Part shown: one piece after another, positions 13,158 to 25,424 of the stretch
How the letters are laid out: each line of letters opens with the position of its first letter
How positions within the stretch are numbered: position 1 is the stretch's first letter
Assembly: GCA_951406725.2 (NCBI GenBank)
Contig: OX597834.1
Location: 40,010,001-40,072,000 of the forward strand
Direction: 5' to 3'
From: Octopus vulgaris
Lineage: Eukaryota
Length of the DNA: 62,000 bases
Notes under the pieces: model-generated
Database searches by the model: none
What the model was told of the DNA's origin: nothing
Seen by the model: the letters and a program-made list of their open reading frames with translations, nothing else
Made by a program: the position numbers and the translations under genes

Positions 13158-13520
13158 GAGAATTGGCTGCTATTTCCAACGAGTCAAACAACCACAGTCT
13201 CATAATATGTATACAGTAGTAGTAGTAGTAGTAGTAGTATGAGAGAGATTTGGCTGCTATTTCCAGCAAGTTGAACAGCCACAGACTTAAAACATCTATA
13301 CAACAGCAGCAGCAGTAGTAGTAATAGCAGAAGCAGCAGATTTGACTGCTATTTTCAGCAAATTGAACAATCCGGTCTTACAACATTTATACAGTCATAA
13401 AAGTAATGGTGGTGGTAGTAGTAGTAGTAGCTGCAATTTGAGGGAGTTTGGCTGCTATTTCCAGCAAGTCAAACAAGAGTCTCACATCATCACAGTAGTA
13501 GTAGTAGCATCAGCAGCAGT
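13158..13520 (+). repeat. Four tandem ~55-bp units (gatttggctgctatttccagcaag..) separated by (AGT)n/(AGC)n
   Basis: Units visible at about 13158, 13245, 13338 and 13441. Confidence 0.75.
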
Positions 13521-13916
13521 AGCTGTTCAAGAATTTGGACCTGGAGATCTCCATTTCCAGCGGCTTCGAGGGTCACCTCCCAGTGATGTCAGGCGTCAAT
13601 GAAGAGCCCTCGACTACAACAAGACGACCAAAGTTTTTTTTTTCCCAAGGTCTGGGGTCTCCCGCCCCTAAGCCCTAGACCATCACCTAACCACCCTTAC
13701 CCATCTTGTTGCTTAACAACAGCAGCAGCAGCAGCAGTTCTGACACTTCAACTGAAGGGGTGGGGCTGGTTTTCAAATTTGATAATAAAAAAATTAAGAA
13801 CCATCTGGAACAACATCTGTCACACAAAAATTACTCATCTGGAGTAACATCTGGTACTCACAAATTGTTATTATCTTCTTTATCTATTTCTCTTTTATTT
13901 TCTGTAACAGAAATTG

Positions 13917-13953
<37 letters not shown>

Positions 13954-14780
13954 TGTTTTCTCTTGTGTTATTAGGGAATTAAAAGTGGAAAAGAAGATAA
14001 AACTGATTAGCACAAACGAAAAATAATCCGCACACATACGTAAATAAAACCTACATCCGTTTTCCCATGTTGGCATGGGTTGGACGGTTAGACAGGAGTT
14101 AGTCACCCAACACACACACACACACACACACATACAAACATATATACACTCATACATATACACAGACATATGCACTCACACATATATAAATTTGTATGCA
14201 TGTGGGTGTGTGTGTATATAATGGTTTTCACATTCTGCTTTATTGAACAAATATCAAAAAGAAAGGTGACTCTGCAATAAGGAATTTGCTTGACAACCAC
14301 ATGGTTCTGCTTTCAGGCCCACTGCGTGGAACCTTGGGCAAGTAATTTCAAATCCTTTTGGGTGGATTTGGTAGGCAGAAACTGAAAGAAGCCCATTGTA
14401 TCATCATTATTATCATCATTTAACGTCCGTAGTCCATGCTGGCATGGGTTGGATAGTTTGTCTGAGCTGGCACACAGGAAGGCAGCACAGACTCCGGTCT
14501 GATTTGGCATGGTTTTCTATGGCTGGATACCCTTCCTAACACCAACTACTCTGAGAGTGTAATGGGTGCTTTTACGTGCCACCGGCACAGGTGCCATTTG
14601 CATGACACCAGTATCTGTCACAGCTGTGGTGCATGTCTTTGTGTCCGTCTTTGCCTTTCATCATTTAAGGGGTCAATAAACTAAGTACCAGTTGAATACT
14701 GGGGTTGACGTAATTGACTTAGTCCCTCTCCTAAAATTGCTGGCCCGGTGCCAAAATTTGGAATCATTATTACTAGTATT

Positions 14781-15090
14781 GGAGGTGCAATGGCCCAGTG
14801 GTTAGGGCAGCGAACTCAGTTGGAGGATCGCAGTCTCAATTACCAGACTGGGCGTTGTGTGTGTTTATTGAGCAAAAACACCTAAAAGCTCCACGAGGCT
14901 CCAGCAGGGAGTGGTGGCAACCCCTGTTGTATCCTTTTGCCCCAACTTTCTCTCACTTTTTCTTCCTGTTTCTTGAGTAACACTACGATGGACTGGCGTC
15001 CCATCCAGCTGGGGTGAACACATATGCCATAGAAACCAGGAAACCAGGCCCATGAGCCTGGCTAGGCTGGAAAAGGGTGCATAAAAAAAA
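14781..15090 (+). mobile_element. tRNA-derived SINE with V-domain-like 3' module, poly(A) tail and 10-bp TSD
   Basis: TSD TACTAGTATT at 14771-14780 and 15092-15101. Motif cgatggactggcgtcccatccag at about 14986. Confidence 0.85.
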
Positions 15091-15829
15091 CTACTAGTAT
15101 TATCAGTATGTTCTGAGTTCAAGTTCTACCCAGGTCAACTTTGCCATTCCTCCTTCCAGGATCAATACATTAAGTACCAGCTGAGTACTGGGGTCAACGG
15201 AATTGACTATCCCCCTCCCCCAAATTTCAGGCCTTGTGCCTAAAGTAGAAAGGATTATTATTATTATTAAGGCAATGAGCTGGCAGAACCATTTACATGC
15301 TGAGCAAAATGCTTAGTGACATTTCATCTACCTTTGTGTTCTGAGTTCAAATTCTGCCAAGGTCAACTTTGCCTTTCATCATTTCGGAGTCAATGAAATA
15401 AGTACCAGCTGAACACTGGGGTCGATGTAATCAACTTACCCCCTCACCCCCAAATTTTAGCCCCTGTGCCTTTAACAGAAGGATTCGCTAAACGATGATG
15501 ATGATGATTATTACTACTATTAATTATTGCTGTTTTTTTCATTTGAAACAAGCTGTTGCAAGTTTGGTGCTGACACCTCGAGCAACAGCTAATTAAGTAT
15601 GTTACTACAGGCGTTATTTATGAGTAACAATAATATATTTCCGGAAAAGGAAACCAAACACTAAAAACCAAACTTTTATTGGAAATTTGTCATAATATTT
15701 GCAATTTTGAAAGATTTTAAACAATTCAGATATTCTCAGGCTGACAGTGTTTTTCCTAGAATGAGGGCCGTAGCCATGAGAAAATTGTTTTTATTTGTTC
15801 TGATATATTCTGATATAACATAACGAAAA

Positions 15830-16105
15830 ATGAGTTTTTATTCATGGAAGATGGGGCTCCATGCCATACACCGAAAAGGAATCAACAATGGTTGACTGAA
15901 AATGGGATGAGAAAGCTTACTTGGCCCAGCCAATCTCTTGACATGAACCCAATTGAAAATCTTTGGAGTATATGAGATAGAGCTATTATGAAAAACTCGA
16001 CAGAATCCTAAAGCTAAAGGTGAATTCTTTTGATTGTTGCATGAAAAGTGGGCAGAAATTCCACAAAGCTCATCATTTCAATGCCAAAAAACAGAACATG
16101 TCGGG
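15830..16105 (+). pseudogene. Tc1-family transposase C-terminal fragment
   Basis: FMEDGAPCHTPKRNQQWLTENGMRKLTWPSQSLDMNPIENLWSI* ... LHEKWAEIPQ, with in-frame stops and a frameshift. Confidence 0.9.
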
Positions 16106-16112
16106 GGGAATT

Positions 16113-16445
16113 TGCCAGGGCAGGGCCAATCCATAACATTACATGACATGTCTGATTAGCCAGAGGGGCAGACCCAACCCATAACATTACATGACATGTG
16201 AGGGATTCGCCAGAGGGGCAGACCCAACCCATAACATTACCTGACATGTCAGATTCGCCAGAGGGGCAGGGCCAATCCATAGCATTATATGACATGTCAG
16301 AGATTCGCCAGAGGGGCAGACCCAACCCATAACATTACATGACATGTCGGAGATTCGCCAGAGGGGCAGGGCCAATCCATAACATTACATGACATGTCAT
16401 ATTAGCCAGAGGGGCAGACAAACCTATAACATTACATGTCATGTC
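16113..16445. repeat. 48-50 bp minisatellite, about 7 copies
   Basis: ccagaggggcag(acccaacc|ggccaatc)cataacattacatgacatgtcagattcg units. Confidence 0.93.
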
Positions 16446-16454
16446 TGAGGAAGA

Positions 16455-16592
16455 CAGGTGGTGTAGACAACAAACAGATGCATTAGTATAACGCTCAGGA
16501 AGTGAAAAAGTCTTTAACGTTTCGAGCCTACGCTCTTCCACAGAAAGGGACACAGAAAGAAACAAGGAGCAAAAATAAAGAATGTGTAGTGG
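16455..16592 (-). mobile_element. Penelope-like pLTR fragment with variant hammerhead-like core
   Basis: Minus strand CTTT-CTGTGGA-A-GAGC-GTAG-GCTC-GAAAC-GTT-AAAG at 16511-16548. Confidence 0.55.
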
Positions 16593-17735
16593 CTCACACA
16601 CGAAGGGCTTCTTTCAGTTTCCATCAACCAAATCCACTCACAAGGCTTTGGTCAGCCTGAGGCTATAATAGAAGACTCTTGCCCAGGGGTAACAGGCAGT
16701 ATTGTCCTCCCTCAAGCAGTATTGGAGGATAAAAATATACACGCACATAGATAGATACATACATATATATATATACATACATACATATACACACACGCAT
16801 ACATATATATACACACATACACATAAATATATATATATACACACAGATATATACATGCATATGTATATATACATATATATATATACACACACACACAGTG
16901 GGCTTCTTTCAGTTTTCATCTCACAAATGTTTGGTCAGCTCACGGCAATAGTAGAAGACACTTGCCAAAGGTACCAAGCAGTGAGACTGAACCCAGAATC
17001 AGGTGGCTGGGAAGCAAACATCTTAACACACAGCCATGTCAGCACCTCAACTTTTCAAATATTTCTACAGAAGCGTTGCAATCTACTGGAATTGGTATAC
17101 CTATAAACAAACATTTTCTGTTTTTTGTCAAGGTGAATTTTTTGCCACAATGTCTGGCCTATTAGCCATAATAGCTCTAATCTAAGTGGTGAGCTCCCAG
17201 AATGATTACCATGCTGAATAAAATGTTAAGCAGCATTTCCTATGACAATATGTTCTGATTTCAAATGCCGTCGACATCAACCTTGCCTCTCATCCTTTCA
17301 AGGTCAATGAAACAAATACCAGCTGCGCACTGGGGTGGATGTAATTGACTTCCCCTCCCACCAAAACTGTTGGCCCTGTACCAAAATTAGAAAGAAAATT
17401 ACTATTATTATTATTATTATTATTATTACGTACACTTGCATGCAAACACACATACGCACACCCTAATACGTTTACATAAACATAAAGCGAATGCATCTAG
17501 CACTCCCACCCTGCCATGACCACCTCCACATAACCACCCGGATAACACATGAATATAAAGCTTGCAAATTGTGTGCAAGTGTACATGAATGTGTACGTTA
17601 ATGTGTGTGTGTGTGAGTGTGTGTGTGTGAAGTGGGTGTATGCAGTATAGTTGGTGTATATATGTGTGTGACGTGTATATGCAGATGTGGCGTGCGTATA
17701 TGCTATTTGTACAAGATTTCATATGATGATGATGA

Positions 17736-17774
<39 letters not shown>

Positions 17775-19290
17775 TCTATTTGATCTTTACAGAATAACAA
17801 AGAAGAAAAAGAAAATGCCTTCAGAGCCACCTCTCCCCCTTCCCACTTCATGCATCTCCCTCTCACTCAGCATCACTTTCTCTCTCCCCCTCACTCACCT
17901 AACATCTCACTCTCTCCTCTTCACTCACCTAGTGTCTCTCTCTCTCTATTTTCCATCACTCACCAAGTGTTTCTCTCTATTTTCCATTTCTTGCTTAGCA
18001 TCCTTCTCTCTCTCTCTCGCACTGAGCATCTCTCTCCCTCTCTCACTTGCTTAGTATTTCTATCTCTTCCTCTCTCTCTCTATCTCTCTCACTCTCTCTC
18101 CCTCATATACACTACCTCCTTCACACATTTCTCTCTCTCTCTCTCTATCTCTCACTCTCTCTCCCTCCTTCACACATTCTCTCTCTCTCTATCTCTCTCA
18201 CTCTCTCTCCCTCATATACACTACCTCCTTCACACACTCTCACTCTCTCTCTCTTCCACACACCCATTGCACCAGTTGGTCATAACAGTAAAACTTCTGA
18301 TTAATAATCTATCATCGTTACTAGTAACGCTACCAAAGGTGTGGTCTATAACCAACCTACATTCATTTGTTGCATTCTGTTTTACAGCTGTTTTTTAATG
18401 CCAGCATGGGTTAGACCATTTATCTTTTATCTTTTACATGTGTTCGTTGCTAGACTGTGGCCATGCTGGGGCATCACATTGAAGGGTTTTTCATCAAACA
18501 AATCAACTCCAGTGTTTATTTTATTTTATCGTATTTTATTTTTTTATTTTATTTTGTAAGTCTGGTACTATTTTTATTGGTCTCTTTTGCCAAATTGCTA
18601 AAACTGAGGGATGTAAACAAACCAACACCAGTTGTTAAGCAGTGGTGGTGGTGGTGGTGGTGGAGAGGACAAACACAAATGCAGACATTCACACACACAC
18701 ACACACAAGTTCAGAAAGAGCTTACATCGACCCCAGTACTCAACTGGTACTTCTTTTATTGATCCCAGAATGACGAAAAGCAGAACTGACCTCAGTAGAG
18801 TTTGAACCCTGAATATATATAATGGATGAAATGCCACAAAACATTTTGCCAGGCATGCTAACCATTCTGCCAGCTCACGACCCTCATAATAACAACAACA
18901 ACAACAACAACAACAACACATCATCATTAACTAATTAATATAAATACCAAACCATTTATCCTTTACAATTAATTATAACATTAACTATAATGAAAATAAC
19001 AGAGTGTGCCATGGAGAGAAACAATGTGGGTCAACAAGTACAAAAAGCCCAGATTTATTGGGGAGATGGTGAGACTGTGGTGTTCATATGTTTTTCAAGA
19101 ATACCTTATTTTTCTATCTTTCAGTTGTTTCAGTCACACGTGGTCAATACACTAGGGTGGATAACGTCCAACTGCAAGAATTTAAACAAGGTCTCCAAGC
19201 TTAGGGTATGTCCCTCCACCCTTCCATCAGTCTTAAGGAAACTCTGAAAAGGGTCATGAGCAGATGTATTTTCCCTCCTCTTACTAAGCT

Positions 19291-19886
19291 GGTGAGCTGG
19301 CAGAAATGTTAGCACACTGGGCAAATTGCTTAGTGGTATTTCGTCTGCCACTACGTTCTGAGTTCAAATTCCACCGAGGTCGACTTTGCCTTTCATCTTT
19401 TCGGGGTCGATTGAATAAGTACCAGTTACGCACTGGGGTCGATATAATCAACTTAATCCGTTTGTCTGTCCTTGTTTGTCCCCTCTGTGTGTAGCTCCTT
19501 GTGGGTAGTTAAGAAATAGGTATTTCATCTGCCGTTACGTTCTGAGTTCAAATTCCGCCGAGGTCGACTCTGCCTTTCATCCTTTTGGGGTCGATTAAAT
19601 AAGTACCAGTTACGCACTGGGGTCGATACAATCGACTTAATCCATTTGTCTGTCCTTATTTGTGCCTTCTGTGTTTAGCCCCTTGTGGGTAGTGAAGAAA
19701 TAGGTATTTCATCTGCCGTTACGTTCTGAGATCAAATTCCTCCGAGGTTGACTTTGCCTTTCATCCTTTTGGGGTTGATTAAATAAGTACCAGTTACGCA
19801 CTGGGGTCGATATAATCGACTTAATCCGTTTGTCTGTCCTTGTTTGTCCCCTCTGTGTGTAGCCCCTTGTGGGTAGTAAAGAAATA
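19291..19886 (+). mobile_element. OK-type SINE head-to-tail trimer
   Basis: Head+body 19291-19519, then bodies 19520-19703 and 19704-19886, joined at AAATAG|GTATTTC. Confidence 0.92.
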
Positions 19887-20601
19887 AGAAATATATTTTG
19901 TTTAAACACCACAGCTGGAGAAATTAATATGTTCTGGCCAAGCAGTTAATTCAGTGTCAAATATCTTAACAAAGCAGAGAGAATGGAGCTATCCAAACGA
20001 TGACAAATTGATTTCAGACATAATTACATCCTCCCAACGTCCATTTTCCCAAGCTTGCATGAGTTGGACAGAGTTTCTCGAAGCAGATTTTCTTATGACC
20101 AGATGCCCTTCCTGTCACCAACCCTCACCTGTTTCCAAGCAAAGTAATTGGAAAACAAACTCTTTTTTTACATCCCATCCATCCCTGGGGCCTACAACAT
20201 CTCACTCGCATTTACAGAAGCGGTGAAATGCCAGATTCTGTGACACACATACCTTTTTTCCTCTTCCTCTCTCACCCCGCCTCTCTACCATCAATATCAA
20301 CGGATTAAAGGAAGTGACTAGACATTGAGAATCAAGTAAAACTGGGTCATCACCAACTCCGCCACGAACACGGTTGACTGCCCTCCGTGGTTCTTGGTTC
20401 AAACAGTGTTTATTATATACAGTATTGATTTTTCAATTTGCTATTTCAAATATCAGTTTTCACGATTATCTCTCAGTAAAATACACAATTTTCTTGTAAC
20501 AAATGGGACTCAGAGAAGACATAAATCTCTTGTCAGAACATTTTTTTTTTATAGTTTGTTGTAGTAACATTGTAGTAATGTGGCTTCACTAGCAACTGCT
20601 G

Positions 20602-20615
20602 GTTGCCATGGCAAT
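20602..20615. promoter_or_regulatory. RFX X-box-like palindrome GTTGCCATGGCAAT, with an adjacent CTAGCAAC half-site
   Basis: 13/14 match to GTTGCCATGGCAAC in unique sequence. Confidence 0.4.
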
Positions 20616-20896
20616 TATAGTTTGTTGCTTGATGAGGTTGCAGGTATGGGTGCGTGGTTAAGAAGATTGGTTTTAGAAGCATGTGGTTTTGGGTTCTGTT
20701 CCACAGCATGGCATCTTGGCCAAAAGCCTTCTGCTAGAGACCCAGACTGGGCAAAGACTTGTGAGTGGATCTGATAGATGGAAATTGAAAGAAGCCCATC
20801 ATGTCTATGAATGTACATATATATATATACACACACAGACACATACATATTATATACAAACATATATATATACATATATATATATATATACAAACG

Positions 20897-21110
20897 ATGG
20901 CAGAAACGTTAGCACGCCGGGCGAAATGCAGCGGTATTTCGTCTGTCATGTTATGAGTTCAAATTCTGCCAAGGTCAACTTTGCCTTTCATCCTTTCGGG
21001 GTCGATAAATAAATTACCAGTTTCACACTGGGGTCAATCTAATCGACTTAATCCCTTTGTCTGTCCTTGTTTGTCCCCTCTATGCTTAGCCCCTTGTGGG
21101 TAGTAAAGAA
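20897..21110 (+). mobile_element. OK-type SINE
   Basis: ggcagaaacgttagcacgccgggcgaaatg head with standard body and tail. Confidence 0.88.
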
Positions 21111-21709
21111 ATATATATATATACACACATATGCATACATACACACACATATATATACATACACACATACAAACATACATACACACACATATACACATAC
21201 ACACATATATACATACATACACACATTTATATACATATATGCATACATACACATACATATACATACATTCATATATACATACATACCAGTTTTCGCCAAC
21301 CATCTAACCCATACCAACATGGAAAGCAGAGGCTAAATGATAATGGTGATGATATATATATATTCTCTTCTCAGTTCCCATGCTTATTACAACAGTCCTT
21401 GTAAAAGAACTCAGAAGGTTGGACCTCCAGCCAGGCCTTCTGCAATATTCTTAAAGCCAGGAACTTTTCAGTATGCCCACATATGTATACACACACACTC
21501 ACTCACACACACACACACACATACACATATATTGATCACAACTGTCCTATGAATGGCATCATGAAACTCTGAGTAACAGTTTGTTGTGATGTTTCTACAA
21601 CCTTAATAAAAAAGTATATTACTCTGCCTTTGGTATTTGAGTACTATTTTCCACACCTTACTTTTCATTTACATGCTTGCTCATATATATATATATAAAT
21701 ATATACATC

Positions 21710-21850
21710 CTGTTGTGTCTGGGGAGAGTCATTTTCTTTTTGTGCCTTATAATTTCCACTTATTTCTTATTTTTATTTTCCTAAAATTTTCGTTGCGTCT
21801 TGCAACCTTTTCAATAGTCTTGAATATGCTTCAACACATGAACTCATATA
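21710..21850. repeat. Single-arm copy of the 3732-3975 fold-back element
   Basis: Left arm plus loop, then directly tcttg-aatatgcttcaacac. Confidence 0.85.
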
Positions 21851-21879
21851 AAGAATCTTGCATACCAAATCCCAAAACG

Positions 21880-21911
<32 letters not shown>

Positions 21912-22148
21912 ACATGCACATACATAGATACATATACAAACACACACACATTCTATAAATAAATATTTTCTTGGTAGTCTCTCAAGCCCAAGAAAGATGG
22001 TTCTGCAATTCATCACAGAACAACCTACACAGAACATCCGTTTATAGTGGTCAAATGTTTGTGATGTTCACGAGCTCACTGCTTCCAGCAATCAACATTG
22101 CCTCTGGAGATACACAGTATGCCATACATCAAATGTCAAAGTGATATA

Positions 22149-22201
<53 letters not shown>

Positions 22202-22224
22202 ATGTATAATATATTTTTTTATCG

Positions 22225-22407
22225 TTATTTGTTTCAGTCATTAGACTGCAGCTATGCTGGGGCAACACCTTGAGTTTTTAGCCAAATGCCTGGTACTTTT
22301 TCTATCAATCTCTTTTTGCCGAACTGCTAAGTTACAGGGATGCAAACACACCAACATGGGTTGTCAAGAAGTGGTGGGGGAACAAACACAGACACAAAGA
22401 CACACTC

Positions 22408-22464
<57 letters not shown>

Positions 22465-22627
22465 TATACATATATGATGGGCTTCTTTCAGTTTCCATCT
22501 ACCAAACCCACTCACAAGGCTTTGGTCAGCCCGAGGTTAGAGTAGAAAACACTTGTCCAAGGTGCCATGCAGTGGGACTGAACCCAGAACCATGTGGTTG
22601 GTTAGCAAGCTTCTTACCACACAGCCA
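22225..22627 (-). mobile_element. OR/CORE-type SINE
   Basis: Reverse complement of the 8307-8722 family. Confidence 0.88.
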
Positions 22628-22860
22628 TCATCATCATCATCATTATTATTCTACAGCCGTTGTCCATGCTGGCATGGGTTGGACAGTTTGACCAGGGATG
22701 TCAAGCTGGGAAGCTGCACCAAACTCCAGTCTGATTTAGCATGATTTTCCACGGCTGGATGCCCTTCCTGATGCCAACCACTCCAAGAGTGTAATGGGTA
22801 CTTTTACGTGCTACTGGCATGGTTGCCATTCGCATGACACCAGAATCTGTCACAACTGCA
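22628..22860 (-). mobile_element. RTE LINE 3' UTR fragment
   Basis: (cat)n tail, ccatgctggcatgggttgg, gatgcccttcct. Confidence 0.8.
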
Positions 22861-22864
22861 ATTG

Positions 22865-23222
22865 CATGGTTCTAGATTTAGTCCCACTGCATCACACCTT
22901 GAGCAAGTGTCTCCTACTGTAACCTCGGGCTGACCAAAGCCTTGAGTGGATATGGTAGATGGAAAACTAAAAGAAGCCCATCGTGTGTATGTGTGTGTGG
23001 GCATGTGTATGTATGTGTGTGTGGGCATGTGTGTGTATGTGTCTGTGTTTGTCCACCCACCATCGCTTGACAACCACTGTTGGTGTGTTTACATCCCCGT
23101 AACTTAGCGGTTCGGCAAAAGGTACCGATAGAATAAGTACTAGGCTTACAAAGAATAAGTCCTGGGGTCGATTTGTTCAACTAAAGGCAATGCTCCAGCA
23201 TGGCAGCAATCAAGATGCCTGA
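22865..23222 (+). mobile_element. OR/CORE-type SINE
   Basis: Family core and tail present. Confidence 0.85.
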
Positions 23223-23517
23223 AAAGAATATATTATATCACTTGACTAACTTTCACCCTGTTCTTATCAAGGTCACGAGCAGATCCTGAATTCCTCAGTA
23301 TTGCTTGTCAAAGGAATCGGCTGATATTCTTGTATATTGCGTTTCAAACCCTGACTGAGTTCACTAAGTCTTTCATCCCCCTGGGGGTCCATAAAAGAAG
23401 GGCACCAATGAAGTATTGGTGTCGATGTAATTGATGATACAAAACCTTTGTCCCTACAAATATGTGTCAAATTGGACCTATATTACGAATCAATATCATT
23501 TACATAAAGATATTACA

Positions 23518-23531
23518 GTTGCCATGGAGAC
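23518..23531. promoter_or_regulatory. RFX X-box-like motif GTTGCCATGGAGAC within a 22-bp imperfect palindrome
   Basis: tacagttgccatggagactgta. Confidence 0.35.
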
Positions 23532-23929
23532 TGTATTGATTAGAGGGGGAGTAGAGGAAACCAGTAAGGGGTGGATGGGTGGACAAAAAGCACAACAAAA
23601 GGAGGCGATAAAAATTAATCAATATCCACCCATGTCAAACCCATTAAAGCATGGGAAAACAGAGGCGGAGGTGGAGGTGGTGGCCTACATTTATCTAGTC
23701 ATTCATATAGAATGGAATACCAGCATTATTATTATTATTATTATTATTGTTATTATTATTAAGTTAGCAAGCTGGCAGAATTGTTAGCACGCTGTGAAAA
23801 ATGCTTAATGGTATTTCATCTGTCCTTTATGTTCTGAGTTCAAATTCCGCTGAGGTCAACTTTGCCTTTCATCCTTTCGGGGGTCGATGAAATAAGTGCC
23901 ATCAGATAAAAGTGTGACATCAGATAAAA

Positions 23930-24250
23930 GGGTTCATGCAGTGCCACATAAAAGTGCCTGTGTGGCACCACATGAAAGGACCCACATGGTGCCACATGAA
24001 AAAGCATTCATGTGGTGTCACATAAAATCACTCGTGTGACATCACGTAAAAGCACCTGTGCAGATCCACATTAAAGTGCCCGTGCAGTGCCACCCAACAG
24101 CACCTAGCACACTCTGTAAAGGGGTTGGCGTTAGGGAGGGCATCGAGCTGTAGAAACCCTGCCAAATCAGACCAGAGTTTAGTGCAGCTCCCCAGCTCTG
24201 GTCAAACAGTCCAACCCATGCCAGCATGGACAACAGATGATGATGATGAT
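23930..24250 (+). mobile_element. RTE LINE 3' UTR fragment with internal tandem units
   Basis: Repeated gtgccacataaaag-like units followed by the standard tail and (gat)n. Confidence 0.8.
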
Positions 24251-24268
24251 GAAATCCTTTATTTTTCT

Positions 24269-24458
24269 ATCTTTTACTTGTTTCAGTCATTGTACCGGGG
24301 CCATGCTGGGGCACTCAAGAAGCAAATCAATCCCGGCCCTTATTTTCACTTAAAGTCTGGAACCGATTTTATTAGTCTCTTTTGCCAGACTGCTAAGTGA
24401 TAATAAAAACATAGATAAAAACCAACACCAGTTGTCAAGCAGCGGGAATGGGGCAAAC

Positions 24459-24503
<45 letters not shown>

Positions 24504-24683
24504 CGCACACACACACATACACACACGAACACACAAGAGGTTTCCTCACAGTTTCCATCAACCAATGGCCCAATTAGGGCTAATCGTTGGAGACACTTGC
24601 CTAAGGTGCCATGCCACGGGACTGAACTCACAACCACATTGTTGCAAAGCAAGCTTCTTGACCACACAGCTATGCCTGTGCCT
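24269..24683 (-). mobile_element. OR/CORE-type SINE
   Basis: Family match. Confidence 0.85.
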
Positions 24684-25131
24684 AGCCAAGGGAAATAACC
24701 CAAAGTGGACTAATGCCATAATTTTGGTTATCTAAGTTAAGTGCTAGTATATATTGAATATTGCTCAAACAAAAGAAAAAATTTTGTCTGTATTAGTAAA
24801 GTCATTTTGACCTGATGACAGATATAACCATTTGGGGTCAATTTATAAACAGCATTCATTCTCTCTCTCTCCCTCACACACACACACTCACCCCTCTCTC
24901 TTTCTCACCTTCATACACAACTCACACACACACACACACACACGTCTCTTCCTGGTATTGAATAAGAATATCTCAGGTAATTCTCTTTCAAAAATTGCAC
25001 CAAAAGGATTTACAAACACAGACAGACAGATACACACACACACACAGTCACATACACATACATATGTACCTCATATCTAGGTATACTTACAGACATACCT
25101 GTGCACACAAACACATGTATTTATATACAAT

Positions 25132-25166
<35 letters not shown>

Positions 25167-25424
25167 CTTGCATACTACATAGACACATATTATATACACA
25201 TACATTCATACATTTTATTAATAGCTGAAGACATGAGTAGTTCTTTATCACCCCCACCACCTCATCACACTGCAAACTGACTACCAGGTGGTGCTGTTTG
25301 ATTTAGCAGCTGAAATCTAGCGACACACACGACAATTGTCAGTCTGATAAAAACTGTCCATCCCCCCCCCCCCACAACACTCACTGAGATCTTATCTCTC
25401 AATCACTCACCCTCTCCTATCATC

